A stretch of DNA of 56,027 nt, filler included, from Squatina squatina (lineage: Eukaryota): the NCBI GenBank assembly GCA_031763465.1. It is 3 parts of 3 records of this genome, joined end to end, with 100 filler letters (N's around TTAATTAATTAA, not from the genome) between each part and the next. Parts side by side here need not be neighbours in the genome. Positions count along the whole stretch, not along the records: positions 34,187 to 56,027 come from JARFOE010000168.1; 2 more parts are not named here. One strand, 5' to 3'. The notes under the pieces were generated by a model. The model ran no database searches, had not been told where the DNA came from, and saw only the letters and a program-made list of their open reading frames with translations. The position numbers and the translations under genes are program-made. Position 1 is the stretch's first letter, and each line of letters starts with the position of its first letter. Shown piece by piece: positions 36,766 through 50,880 of this stretch.

Positions 36766-37223
36766 ACAGGAGGGGTGGGGCCGGTTAGGGACCAAAAAGG
36801 AGACCTACGCATAGAGGGTATGGCTGAGGTACTAAATGAGTACTTTGTATCTGTCTTCACCAAGGAAGATGCTGCCAAAGTCATAGTGAAGGAGGAGGTA
36901 GTGGAGACACTTGGTAGGATAAAAATTGATAAAGAAGAGGTACTAGAAAGGTTGGCTGTACTTAAAGTAGACAAATCATCAGGAATGGATGGATGCAGCC
37001 TAGGATGCTGAGGGAGTTGAGCGTGGAAATCGCAGAGATACTGGCCATAATCTTCCAATCCTCCATAGATACGGGGATGGTGCCCAGAGGACTGGAGAAT
37101 TGCAGATGTTACACCATTGTTCAAAAAAGGGTGTAAAGATAAACCCAGCAACTATAGGCCAGTCAGTTTAACCTCGGCAGCAGGGAAGCTTTTAGAAACA
37201 ATAATCAGGGACAAAATTAACAG
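36766..37223 (+). mobile_element. CR1 ORF2 fragment (linker and RT start), frameshifted
   Basis: MAEVLNEYFVSVFTKED..LKVDKS..VPEDWRIADVTPLFKKGCKDKPSNYRPVSLTS. Confidence 0.93.
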
Positions 37224-37323
37224 NNNNNNNNNNNNNNNNNNNNNNNNNNNNNNNNNNNNNNNNNNNNNNNNNNNNNNNNNNNNNNNNNNNNNNNNNNNNN
37301 NNNNNNNNNNNNNNNNNNNNNNN

Positions 37324-38095
37324 CATTGTCAATTCATTCACTGAAGCTTACAAGAGAATGGGCCTTACACTAAACATCTGAAAGTCCTTTACCAGCCTGC
37401 TCCTGGTGCACTGCCCCCGACTATCAAGATCCGCTGTGAACCACTGGACAATGTGGATCACTTTCCACACCTTGGGAGCCTCCTCTCAGCGAGGACAGAC
37501 ATTGACTATGAAATCCAACACCACCTCCAGTGTGCCAGTACAGCCTTTGGCCTCCTGAGGAAAAGAGTGTTTGAAGATAAAGACCTCAAACCTGGCACCA
37601 AGCTCGTAGTCTACAGGGCAGAAATCATACTCGCCCTCCTGTATGCGTTGGAGACATGGACAATGTACAGTAGACACCTGAAAGCACTGGAGAAGTACCA
37701 CCAGCAAAATCCTGCAAATCCACTGGCAGGATAGGCATACCAATGTCAGCGTCCTCTCTCAGGCCACCATCCCCAGCATTGAGGTACTGCTCACCCTCAG
37801 TCAGCTGCAATGGGCAGGCCACATCATCCACATGCCTGATACAAGACTCCCGAAACAAGCACTCTACTTTGAGCTGTGTCACGGCAAGCGATTACCAGGA
37901 GGACAGAGAAAACACTTCAAGGATGATCTGAAAGTCTCCCTGAAAAAAATGTAGCATCCCCACCGACTCATGGGAATCTCTGGCCCAAAAGTGCCTGAAC
38001 TGGAGAAGCATACATGAAGGTACCAACCACTTTGAGATTCTCCGGCAGGAGCACCTGGAGGCCAAACGCAAGTGACGGAAGGACCGTGCGAAACT
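37324..38095 (+). mobile_element. RTE-clade LINE 3' ORF fragment, decayed
   Basis: DHFPHLGSLLS..EIQHHLQCASTAFGLLRKRVF..TKLVVYRA..LLYALETWT.., then QLQWAGHIIHMPDTRLPKQALYFEL. Confidence 0.92.
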
Positions 38096-41000
38096 NNNNN
38101 NNNNNNNNNNNNNNNNNNNNNNNNNNNNNNNNNNNNNNNNNNNNNNNNNNNNNNNNNNNNNNNNNNNNNNNNNNNNNNNNNNNNNNNNNNNNNNNTGTAT
38201 TTTCTCTATCAAATAATATAATTTTGAACATTGACTAACTTGTTTCCACATTTTAGCCAGCTATCTATCACAAAAATGTTAAGAATTTTGATCACCGTGT
38301 CCGCATATCAAGGTGATTATTAAGCAGATTGCGTCAGGAAGCTAAGGTCCGGTTTATAAGTGGATAATCAGGGCTCAGATTTAACCCCACCAATGTGTAT
38401 TTTATGCGTCGTCCCAAAGTACCACACTTCGATTTTCTTATGAAAGATATTCTTGTGGGTTAAGTTTTTCACCAAAGTATTTTTTCAAAATCATTTGGCT
38501 TACAACTAATTTAAAGATGACATTCTGTTAAACAACTAGGCCTGGATTTTGCATTGAGAGTAACAGCTCACCATAAACAAGCATGTTGCTGTGCATATCC
38601 GACACTCCTGAGGGCGCTGTTCATTTATTATTTTCAGTAATGCACAGCGGCACTGGGAATGTCCAGCAGGTACAATCTAACCCAATTTTATGCTGACACT
38701 GTGCATAGTATATTCAAACTCATAATAATGTTGGCCAATTAGTGTATTTCTTTACAGGCTATTGCACATGCGTAATTCAGAGCTGTGAGAAGGCAGTTCT
38801 ATATTCCAGCTCTGAGAGCTTGGCACTTAAGACCTGTGACCTCTGAGCACCAGGCTCATCTTTTAAAGGTGATTATACATAGTGGGAGTTCAACTGGAGA
38901 CCACCTCTTATTTATCCTTCCGTCGGCTGAATTTCTGAGTGTTAAGGAGCTAAAGTTCGGGGGAGCTGAAGGCACTGTAGACCCACAAGTTGTCTGTAAT
39001 GGCCACTGGTTTCAGTGAAGTAAAGAAGGGAAGCCAGTCCTGGGCATTTGCACTTTGAGTCACTGCATTACACAGCGGAGCCCTGCACACCTGCAGATAA
39101 TGTGCAGTGTAAAAGATGGAGAGTGGCACAAGATGATATAATGCCTTTACTGGCATGAGTGTGTCTCATTGGAGACCAGTGGGGAAAAATATGCTTGTTT
39201 CCCATACCTCTAACTTCTACTTTTCGAGACCTACACCTCCGTTATAACATAACACTTGTGGTGAGACTAACGAGCCTTTTGTTGGCAGCACAGTCTTGAC
39301 ATAAAAGAGCCCCAATAAAATTGTGTTCACATTTTGAACATTTTCTGTAGAGGGCAGTGTTGCACCAGTGAAGAGAACTGAATGTTCACCACTGTGAACT
39401 TGTTCCTTCCAACATTGGTGAATGAGCAGATCACTCATTACCTTGACATTCTTACTTCACACTACAGCTGTTTCCTGGTGATGTCACAGCAGGTTTGCTG
39501 CAGGCTCTCATGGTGCATAATTTTCTTCATTAGAACCCCTTTTCACAAATCCTAATCTGAACGAATGGCACCGAAACACACAAAAATCAGGATTCATACA
39601 GACAGTGTGTGTTGGGAAGGAATCCCAAGCTTTGGATCTAAGGATTATGATGTTTTGAGCTATCTTGCTTGTACAGGGGACAGTAGATACGTAAGTGACA
39701 TGAAGTGTTCAGTGAATTGCAGGACGCATTGCAGATTACTTTCCAACACACAGGATGAAAAACAATTTGAGATACTGAAAGTTACTTTATCTTTGTTGCA
39801 GGCTTATACAGGATGGCATTCAAAAACAGAACATAATGTACTCTTCTAAAAGACTTTCTGACCTTCTCAGCCAGCTTTGTTGAACTTCTTTACATTTTGG
39901 GTGAACACAGGGTTATTTCTTGTGCTAAGCAACAACATCAAACACCGTGCACGGTTAATTTGTCTTCTACTTTATTTTAGTGCCATTTTGTGTTCCGATA
40001 AGCTCAAGGAAAGTAGTTTAACTAGTTTAATTTAGGTAGCTTTGAAATTCTGCCAATACAAGTTTTTTTTCCTTGTGTTACTTTTCCTCGTGATGTTCTG
40101 GCTATTTCTCACTTTTCCCCTCAGAATTTTTTCCATCATACGCCACCATGCAGCGGGTTTATTGGGTAGCAGACTTTTTGCTGACCTCTGACACTAATGT
40201 TGTTTCATCAATGACCAGCAGGAGGTACGGGCCTATGGAGTGAGAGGGTCTGAAATTATTACCTACCTTCCATGGATAAAATATAATACACAACTTTATG
40301 GGAATATCTGGTCTTTCATATGGGAATGGCGTGATTGTACTGTATCTTTAAACCACCCCTTGCTGCTCTCTTTCTGCCATTGGCATTAGTTACAATTTAA
40401 ACCAGTTCATTGCATAAGAGAAGTAAGCATTGCAGAATGACAAAACATTCCAAGTGAAAAACATTCCCAGTATAACAAAACATTCCCAGTAGAAGAAACA
40501 ATTTCCTGTGCGNNNNNNNNNNNNNNNNNNNNNNNNNNNNNNNNNNNNNNNNNNNNNNNNNNNNNNNNNNNNNNNNNNNNNNNNNNNNNNNNNNNNNNNN
40601 NNNNNNNNNNNNTAAATATATTATGATAGTAAGATTTTTTGTCGACGTCACCATTACAGTGAATTTGTCAGTGAAGTGGGATGTTGGGGAGGGAAATGGT
40701 AAAAACTAGATCTTGGATAAAAAAGGGTAAGTGAATGCAGGATTTAGAAAAATACTTCAATTCAGAGCACATGCTGCTATGAGGCACCTGTCAACAGCTT
40801 ACTGTCTTGATCCAGTTGTCAAGTACAGCAGTTCAAAATTACATGTTCTGTTTAAACGCAGTGCAAGGCTTGCCATTAACATGTGTTCTGCCACTTTATC
40901 ACAAATTCCAACCTCCTAAATGCAGCAATCCACGTACGGCACTTGTGTAGGGCAAATTTTAATTATGCCATTAACCGTAATTATGCAATTCAAATTGAAT

Positions 41001-42584
41001 ATTTTACACAGCAAAGAGAAGAGACCATGAAACTTAATGTTTTTATCATGTACTTTACAGGTAACACAGACTGAATGCATAAATAACTGATTTGCTTCAA
41101 ATAATTTCTAAAGCCGTTCATCCCTCAGCTCAGTATTGCTGCCAAATGCAGATAAGCAGTCTGGCGCATTGGATTTCCGGTGCACTAAATATTCGTGAAN
41201 NNNNNNNNNNNNNNNNNNNNNNNNNNNNNNNNNNNNNNNNNNNNNNNNNNNNNNNNNNNNNNNNNNNNNNNNNNNNNNNNNNNNNNNNNNNNNNNNNNNC
41301 CAGAAAATGACAACCTTTACAATCTGGGGCAGATGATTGGAATTTTAAATGTCACAAAGGTAGCATGCTAACTTGAAATCTGTGACTGAGCTTTTTGTAT
41401 GTGATCTTAACTGTTAATTATGATGTGAAAGTGGCTCTCAGTGTAGAAATTTAACTAATCCAAAAGCTTTGATGTACAAACAGCATTGCAGTCAAAGTCT
41501 AATTCCTTGAATTTACATAAAGCTTTTATGGCTAATTTCCTCATCTAACTTTATGATTATGACCCTGAATTATTGACAACTGTTGACAGTTTAAAGGAAA
41601 ATTCATTTAGGGCAAAAAATTTGCTAGGGTTACATTATTGCCTTATGGACTCCCCGTTCTGAATTTGCCAGTTTCTGAATAAAGCATTACTTCATCATGG
41701 CTATCAATTTATCAACTAGGAATGCTCATTTTTATCCATTGACAGTAGTAGATAATGGAAGGTTATTTATACTTAACTGACGACACCTAAATGTCTTGTC
41801 TATTATCTTTCCCTGTCAGTGTTATGATTTGAAGCCAAGATTTTTCAAGTGACACATTGCTAATAGCCTATTTATTACACATAGAGATAACTTAGTCCCT
41901 CACAGGCACATGTACGCTATCTTCTGTACAGACTGTGATGACTCATAACTAGGCAACTCTGGGGTTATAGTTTTAGTCTTTGTCATTGTTTAACCCTTTC
42001 ATTGATACCGATTCACTCAATACACACTTTTGACTAAAATACCTGCAGAGCAAATTTAGCTCACATTTGGATTGCCACAGTTATGTGAATTGCAGTTATT
42101 AACTTTATTTTTAAGACAGTCAATCCATAGTGTTTATTTTTTGTGTGTGAAGGAGGGGGGAGTGGCGGGAAGAAGGGGAATTGAAAGTAGATTTGTGTAT
42201 TTTACCCCCTTAGCTTTCCTATCTCAGAGTATGCATCANNNNNNNNNNNNNNNNNNNNNNNNNNNNNNNNNNNNNNNNNNNNNNNNNNNNNNNNNNNNNN
42301 NNNNNNNNNNNNNNNNNNNNNNNNNNNNNNNNNNNNNNAGGGGGCCGAGGGGGGATGGGAGGGGGTGGGGAAAGGAAAGAAATATGCAAGCCAAAATGCT
42401 ATGATGGACTTCATTGGAGCCAGTTTTAGAGTAGCCACAAAAATTGGGGGTATTGTAGTGTGGAAACCAAATGGGAGGGGGGTGGGCAGGACGAGAGAAA
42501 GGCGATATAGCACTGGGCCAGAAGTGGAAACTATAGGCATATTACATTGCTTCTCGCACAGATTAGTTCTAATGTTTTAATATC

Positions 42585-43035
42585 AGTGTGTCGCACTCTC
42601 GCCTAAATCAGATGGTTGTGGGTTCAAGCCCCACTCCAGAGACTTGAGCACAAAAATCCAGGCTGACACTCCAGTGCAGTACTGAGGGAGTGCTGCATTG
42701 TCTGAGGTGCCGCTTTTCAGATGAGGTGTTAAACTGAGGCCCCCCCTCTGCTCTCAGGTGGACGTAAAAGATCCCATGACACTATTTCGAGGATGATCAG
42801 GAGAGTTATCCCGGTGTTCTGGTCAATATTTATCCCTCAATCAACATCACTAATACGCAATATCGGGTCATTAGTACATTGTTGTTTGTGGGAGCTTGGT
42901 GTGTGCAAAATGGCTGCCGCTCCTTTTCCTACATTACAAGTGACTACACTTCAAAAGTACTTTATGGGCTGTAAAGCGCTTTGGGATGTCCAGTGGTCGT
43001 GAAAGGCGTTACTGAAATGCAAGCTCTTTTTTTCT
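42585..43035 (+). mobile_element. Near full-length SacSINE1/Deu-type SINE
   Basis: tRNA-like head with B box (ggttcaagccc), central Deu-type domain, L2-like tail (gtaaagcgctttgggatgtcc..gtgaaaggcg..aaatgcaag) and T-rich end. Confidence 0.88.
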
Positions 43036-46000
43036 TTTTAAACCAACTCATTTGAAGTACTATAAACAAATCCACCAAAACTCCACTGAATAGTCTATGT
43101 TGGGACGCAAGGAGCATACGGGTGTTTTTTTCTTTTTAAAGATATAAAAGTGCATTTAATTGTTTGTAATTTATGCATACGGGAAACTGTAGAGCTAAGA
43201 TTGTACAGCTTGTGGCAATTTATAGCAGAGGAAAATAGCTTTAATGCTCATTCACATTACATACTCAGTCAAACTGAACAGGTGGTATTAATTCAGTACG
43301 CCTGGGTAATCAGTCACAAAGTTCCCTTTTACTAGCCTTAACACGAGTGCATGTGCACAGAATTTACTCCAATAAAAAATGCATCATGCAGTCGACATAC
43401 AAGAACACGTCAAGCGTGGTAGGGCCAAACATCTGCACACGAGTCAGCAGCCAGACATCCAGCCACACCTCGACAAATAAAACCCATTCGCAGCACTGGT
43501 GTCATTTGCATATTTGGGTTGAATAATTATTTACTGATAGTTTTAAATTGGCTTCCTTTTCTTTCTGCAATCTTTTCAGCATAAATGTGCTCCAAACCTG
43601 CCTAGCAAAGCAGGCACTGGTGGCATTTCCCATTCCCCCCAGTGTATGAAATAGACTTAAAATTGGCAGGCAGATTGTGGAAAATAGGCCTACAGGAACA
43701 TTGAAGACCCCACCATTTCAGCATCATATGGTAACCTATTGTGCCTTCAAGGCAAGAGTGAAAGAGTCAGCTAATCCAGATTGAGTCGATCTGATTTAAT
43801 TCTTGTATTCCTATGGGAAATATGGCATTTGTCAACTCTTTATTCTGCCCTTATTGTTGTGTTCACAATGTCTTGCTGCTTTAATGTAATTACAGGTCTA
43901 TTTCAACATTCTTTAATCCCAGATATTGGAACCTGCCATGGTCAGCTATTGTCTCAGAGCATTTATCAATGCCATGTGGAATTGGACTTTATTTCATCAC
44001 ATTCTTTTCAATACAAGTTTAATAAAGCTGTACCTTATAGCTGCTGCTCAATCTAATAAAATAAAAAAAGTTAACAGGTTTTTTTTTCCTTTTCTGAAAT
44101 TAACTTGTAATTTGACAATGCTACTAAAATCACAGTAATCAATACATTCAGGACATGGTTTATTTAATAACCATCGAGTGGTTAGGAAACAAATCAGCTT
44201 CCTTTCCCCAGTTAAAATTTCCTCCTTCCTGCAGACAACTCCATTAAGATGGCACATGTTCTCCTCTAAGAATGGCAGAAATTTAGTAAATGAGGGGACT
44301 GACAGCAAATATACATGCAGCTACGATGCACAGAACTTTGAAAAAGACACGAGGGAAACACTCTCCATGTTGGAGTAAACTAGGTCATTGTGATTTTTTG
44401 CAGCACAGTTCATTAATTACGCAATCTAGGTTCAAAGAAATGCCGTCAAAATGGAGAGTTACCCAGGTAGGCTCAGAAGCAAATAGCTTACTTCCAATGA
44501 CACAGGAGCAAATGCACTACCAGTAGCATGAAAAATTCTGTACTATGATGAACATAAAATGGCACTGCAGTGCTAACATGCAGTCAATGACATTGTGCAT
44601 ACTGTTTTGTGCTTACAAGTAGAGGGTGTAAGACTTTTCCATGCTGGATACCATAGCCACTTCAGTACACGCTTCAACTACATGGACAAGGAGCGTTAAT
44701 CNNNNNNNNNNNNNNNNNNNNNNNNNNNNNNNNNNNNNNNNNNNNNNNNNNNNNNNNNNNNNNNNNNNNNNNNNNNNNNNNNNNNNNNNNNNNNNNNNNN
44801 NCATGTGAATGACGTTAGGTGGCACTATTGCATGGTTTATTAAGTGACAAGGTTGTGAAGAGTGGGAGGTTTTGGTATGCTCAGCATTGCAACTAAATGA
44901 TTGCAAGTGTTTGAACTAATTTATGAAATGCTAAGTAATTCATGCTGGGCCTTAAATTCTAACTTACAGCAAAGACCTATCTGCACTTGCCCTAATTCAG
45001 TTTGGTTGGGTAACTCTGCTTAACACATTTTGCAAGGTTGGTGCTATTTTAGTGCATAAAAAGTAATCAAGTGATGTATCTTGTTTAGAATCTTTACAGA
45101 ACATTTCTGATTCATTAAATGGTACGATAGAGCATTTCACCACAGCTACAGGTCACTGGACTGTTTCCGAGTAGTTCTTTAGAGACACACAATCACAACT
45201 CAGTTACTGTAACAGCTAAAATATATTGACTTTAAAAATTCATGATACTCTTAATTTGATGTCAAATTTAGAAAATCCAACGAACCTTATACAAACACAG
45301 TTGCTACTCTACCGCAAACACACATTGCTTAATACATGTTCTGAGAAATAAGAAGCTATCCCTGTGTAGCCAAATGTATATTTGCTGCTATAGAATAAAG
45401 GCCACTGACTTTCCCATCCTAATCTTTGATGCCTTAACAATAAAAGAAAGTATTGAATGAGAAATGGTTAGTAAGACCATGAAGCCCATTCCCTTTCACA
45501 GACCCTGAGCAATTTGCCATACCATGTCCTCAACCAAAGCCAGTCAATTTTACAGAAGGCCAGTGACACACAGGCCTCACAAGCAGTTAGGTTTTCCCTA
45601 ACTCACATTATAAGAAACTCTAGGGTATAAACCTTACAACTCACACCATTGAGTTCTAACCAATTGCATTCTACTGATAATAAACCCACAGCACAAGAAC
45701 TGTATTTCAGTGATCATCAATGTCTGCCCTCATAACTTTCTGTTTCATTCCAAAATAGAAATCTATTCACTTTATTAAAAAAAAATGAATGAGCATTTGC
45801 TTCATTTGCTGGGATCAGTTTTACATGTCCAAAACTTTGTGGGGAGGAGCAAGAGTTTTCTAATCTGTTGTCAAGAGATGTGTTAACTGTTCATTTAATT
45901 CCTCTTGTTTTGCTGTTATAGACCACGTTTAGTATCTGCTTATATTTACATTANNNNNNNNNNNNNNNNNNNNNNNNNNNNNNNNNNNNNNNNNNNNNNN

Positions 46001-48707
46001 NNNNNNNNNNNNNNNNNNNNNNNNNNNNNNNNNNNNNNNNNNNNNNNNNNNNNTCAGCCAGTCCACAGCAAATAAACAATGCACACTTAGCCATACAGGA
46101 GCCATGTGGTATTAGATTTGAATCAATTCTAATCCTTTCTCTGATTTATATTCTTTGTTGCGCTCGAGTAGAAGTTATATTCCTAGTTTTTCATTCTGTT
46201 TTATAAATTGAAATAAACCACTCCCTAAATAACAGACCTTAATTGACTATGGTGTCCAGCTCATCTCCTCAAGATTTAATCAAATGGTGATATTCATTAT
46301 GTAGGTTAATGTATGACAATGACCACTTGGGTAAGGTACTGATTGCCTGCTGATACCATGGATGGAACCATGGCCCAGAAGGAGTCACTGGCTTCAGGAG
46401 ACATGGGAGAAAATCGGGAGTAAAGAGCTATTAAAAAGGGCAGTAGACATAGATTCATACTTCAGATTCAGCAATAATTAAAGTAATGATGTAATGTGGT
46501 TATTATATAGATGCTGAAACTTGTTTCAGATCTTAAATATAAGCCTTCTGTCTGTCTCCCAAAGAAAAATGTCTTTATGTAGATCAATCTGCTAATTTTT
46601 CTCTTAGCTGGAAATACAGAGCAGGTCTCTTAGCATCTCCAAAAGAGAAACAATGAGGTGACCTTTTTGGTGTAGACCCTTTGTGAAGCCTGCTTATAAT
46701 CTTTGAATTATGTTTATTCTTAGCTGTAGTTTAATAGCAAAATTAAATGTGTTGTCCCCCCTCTACCCGCTCCCCCCACACTATCTTAAAAAGCACACCT
46801 TCCTTCAGTTGGTAATAAATGCTTTGAAATTTCTTTGCAGAGCCAGTCTCGGAGGTTCACCCTGCTAGGATATAAGATCAATTTGCTTCAACTTCTCCAA
46901 ACTCAGGTAGCAGAAGTCATATGAAAAGACAGGAGATGTAAGAGAGAAAATAAGATAGTGACTCGGGAAGAACAGTTAGTCTCCTAACAGACAAGGAAAG
47001 TGCTTTGTGGGCTAATAGCCTCACATTGTTTATGAAAATGAAATCCCTAAATGCACGATCAGCAACATATTAAGGAGTTCAGGCTTTTCATTTATAGTTT
47101 TTAGTTGGTTTGTCTTGGTATCCCCCTCCTCAAATCGGGATAGTATCTACCTAATCTTCACACTTCTCCATGGCATTCAATAAGTCTGCAGCTTTAATCA
47201 GCCAACAAGAGGCATGCGTGTAAGGCATGATATGAGCAGTATTGGGTTTCTGTTCTTACACAGCATACAACTAGGAACAGATGTAAGTCAGTCCCAAGTG
47301 AATTGGAACATCTGTCTTCAGTCTGCTCTTGGACTGATAGCAATTGCTTCAGTGACAATTCTGCTGCTTTGCCAAATGTGTAGAATTTATTTTTATGTGT
47401 GAACCCTTGCAACATTTACCCTATTCTGCTTCCCAAAAAGCCAACTTCATAATTAGTACTGATCATGATTGGCTTGGGGAGGGGGAGAGGAAGTGTTGAA
47501 TTATATACTCATTCTCCTGACTGAGGGGGAATATGTGATGGTTCAACTTGTGTTAGGAGGTATAAAAAGAGATGAAATCCTTGGACCGAAAATTAAAGAT
47601 GTACAGCAACTCTGTGTCCTTGTATCAGAGTTCCAGGATTTGCTCTACACAAAAGATGCTATTGCTGATTTTATTACTCCTTAATGGTGAAATGTTTTGC
47701 ATACATTGTTAAATGAGTCTGAGGGNNNNNNNNNNNNNNNNNNNNNNNNNNNNNNNNNNNNNNNNNNNNNNNNNNNNNNNNNNNNNNNNNNNNNNNNNNN
47801 NNNNNNNNNNNNNNNNNNNNNNNNNAGTAATCTGTGATCATGGTTCACTGAATTATTCCAATATTTTAACCACATTCATGATTCCAGGGAAAAAATTGAA
47901 AATGTATTTAAATACATCAAAAACATAGCTTTCTATGTTTTTCTTATCCCACTATGAATCCATACTACAAAGTAAATGCAGGTGTTTTCTTTACAGCACC
48001 TACAGGGAATTTAGTATTTCTCTGTATGTGATTGATTCTGGTAATCATTTTCTATTATGCAAGTTCACTGAACTGAGATTTGGATTAGATGGAAATAAGA
48101 CAAATAGGCACTCAGCTGGTAAATTATGCATTGGATTTATTTTAATGAAGCAGTTTTCTTGAGATGATGATTAAAGCCAATTGATTTTTGTGATGCACTC
48201 AGTGGAACTGCCTTGAACGTAGTAAGAGAGATGGAGCACTTCAGTGAAGCCAGTCCAACTTCTTGTAAACTGTTTGCCATTAAATTAAAAGGCTTACACA
48301 TCTTTTAAATTTATTGATCCAGCATTATTTTATTTTAAACAAAGTATTTTAGCTGGGAGGTTGCGCAGAGTACCTGTTGCAAGTAAAAGAACAACTAAAG
48401 CNNNNNNNNNNNNNNNNNNNNNNNNNNNNNNNNNNNNNNNNNNNNNNNNNNNNNNNNNNNNNNNNNNNNNNNNNNNNNNNNNNNNNNNNNNNNNNNNNNN
48501 NTTTTTCATTATATGTTTGGCAAAATAATGTTGGTTAAACACGTTCCAACAATGGTGGTGCTTCTTTAAGCCTGGAAAGCGTCTTGGGGCGTTTTACTAC
48601 ATTAAAGGTGCTATGTAAATGCAGGCTGTTATTGATATTGATATAAGCTGATTAATGATGAACTCCATATTGCATTTCTCTAAAGGAGCAAATGTTTTTG
48701 TTCACAG

Positions 48708-48893
48708 TTGTCTTCTTCTGCCACTTCCTTGAGCAACACTGCGTACATGCAAACACTGCGGTGGGCTGTTTGGAATCCGTTCTCGGGATCCAGCACCTCC
48801 GATGTAACGGTATCACTTCATGGTGGACCTTCATCCAACCCGAGCAATTTGCTGGTTTACAAAACTCCCTCCACTGAGATGAGCTCGGAAGAG
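48708..48893 (+). CDS. NPHP4: Nephrocystin-4 internal exon
   Basis: tcacag|..|gtaggt, 186 nt, SATSLSNTAYMQTLRWAVWNPF..PSNLLVYKTPSTEMSSEE. Confidence 0.93.
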
Positions 48894-50570
48894 GTAGGTG
48901 GTTTCTGATCAATATTACAAAATCACCCGTCCCGAACGTTCTTTACAGCAAACTTCAACTGTAGATTTATTAGATTGTGTACCAAATCTACAGATTTTAC
49001 ACAAATTACTAAGAATTTGGAGAGTACCAACATATTCTCCAGATGTAAGCAACACCAGAGTAATGCACGTGGCTGTAAATTCTNNNNNNNNNNNNNNNNN
49101 NNNNNNNNNNNNNNNNNNNNNNNNNNNNNNNNNNNNNNNNNNNNNNNNNNNNNNNNNNNNNNNNNNNNNNNNNNNNNNNNNNNCTGATCCGAAATGTAAA
49201 ATCTAACAGGATTACAAGAGAATTTGTTTTTAGTGCTTCTAGTTCTGACTCTCAAAAGCTGCTGTAACGAAGTGACAGAAAATTCAGTTTTTAATATTTG
49301 CTAGATGATAAATATAACAGCAGGACCAGTTTACTTATTTTCAGTTTACATACTGTGACACTGAAATATACATTAATATTACAATACTCAGACATTAGGA
49401 GTAACATTATCACTGTAATAACAATCCTAAGCTGCTAAGTTAAACACCTGAAACACAATTTTCCATGTAAATTTAAAAAGAAACCTGTTTGGCTATTTTA
49501 GTCCCATTGTCCCTTTTTCCTTATCTCGGTCTTCTTTTTTTTGAATTTTCCTATTTCTTGATTTTAACTTTCTTTGCTACCTTGTCTGCCTCTATCCTCC
49601 ACCATAACTTGTTTCCCGCAGCTTTCCAAAGATATAAATGTTTCAGTTACCTTTATCTTGATGACTGCCTAGAGATTGCTGTCAAGGGATTTTGCAGTGT
49701 CTGAAAATTAGTTATAAAGGCCACTTTACTGACCAGCCTAAAAAGTCCTCGATGGTGAAATGTGTCAGGCTTACATCACAGCTACAATGGAGATGATTTT
49801 TAATGTGAAAATCACACCTAAGCTAACAAATGCTGCGACAGCTCCATATCATCAAACTCATCTATGTGCAGTCTTTTATTTTTAATTAACTTGTTCCAGG
49901 ATGGTATGTGTCTGCCATATTTTCTTTGTGCTTTGCCAGATGTTTGCAAAAGGAACATTCTTCTCCCTCAAGTAGTGATTTGAAAGGGGTGCCCTGTGAG
50001 ATGGCATGGTAGATGCGATTGATTTGTAGAGTGTAGGTTGTCTAGGAAAATTGAATTTTCAGGCACTTGGAGAGATATGTTTATTGTATGGATCTAATTC
50101 CTTTCGTCTCAAGCAGTTCATGTAAAATCACTTGTTAGAAGGCTTTCTAACCCCATTGCAGAAATGATTGTGTAATGCACCTTTTCCTGTAACCTCTGTG
50201 AATAACAAAGCACAATGTCAGTGCACATTCTCTTTTAATACAGTACGGTTCAAAGTGAACACAAGCCAGCCTACTTTTTCCAAGCACCGTGCTTCCCTTC
50301 AGTGCCTACACCTGCTTTGCTTTCTTGTGCTTCTTCTCGCTGCAAACTGAGGGCCAGTATTGCAGGAGGAGTTTGGTTGCTGAAGCTCTACAAATGGGTC
50401 ATGGGACTGTTCCCTGGCTGCTTCTTAAGTTAGAGATCTGCTGCAGATTCCACTGAAGCTGCCACATGCTNNNNNNNNNNNNNNNNNNNNNNNNNNNNNN
50501 NNNNNNNNNNNNNNNNNNNNNNNNNNNNNNNNNNNNNNNNNNNNNNNNNNNNNNNNNNNNNNNNNNNNNN

Positions 50571-50880
50571 TACTTGGTAGTGCATGCACCTCTGAGTCAG
50601 AAGATTGTGGATTCAAACCCCATTCCAGAACTTTGACCACATAACGTAGACTGACACTTCAATACAGATGAGACATTTAACTGAGGCTTCATCTACCAGT
50701 TGATGTTAAAAATATCACACCACTGTTTGAAGCAGAGCAGAGAGTTCTCTTAATGGGCAACTTTTATCCCTCAACTTACAACATCAAAAACTGATTAACT
50801 GAGCCGTGGTTGTTTGTAGGTTTTTGCTATATGCAAAGTAGTCATCATATTACATAGTAATGTATAACAATGTTTTGGAC
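50571..50880 (+). mobile_element. Decayed SacSINE1/Deu-type SINE
   Basis: gcacctctgagtcagaagattgtggattcaaaccccattccagaac..gactgacacttc..tttatccctcaac; collinear with 42585-43035. Confidence 0.75.

Noticed and set aside
38850-38975. Minus-strand peptide VPSAPPNFSSLTLRNS..RWSP with an FN3-like start
   Set aside because: It stops after ~39 codons and lacks the rest of the FN3 pattern.
46841-46906. 66-nt plus-strand exon-like segment (SQSRRFTLLGYKINLLQLLQTQ)
   Set aside because: Splice sites are plausible but there is no match to NPHP4 as recalled; it cannot be told from chance or a UTR exon.
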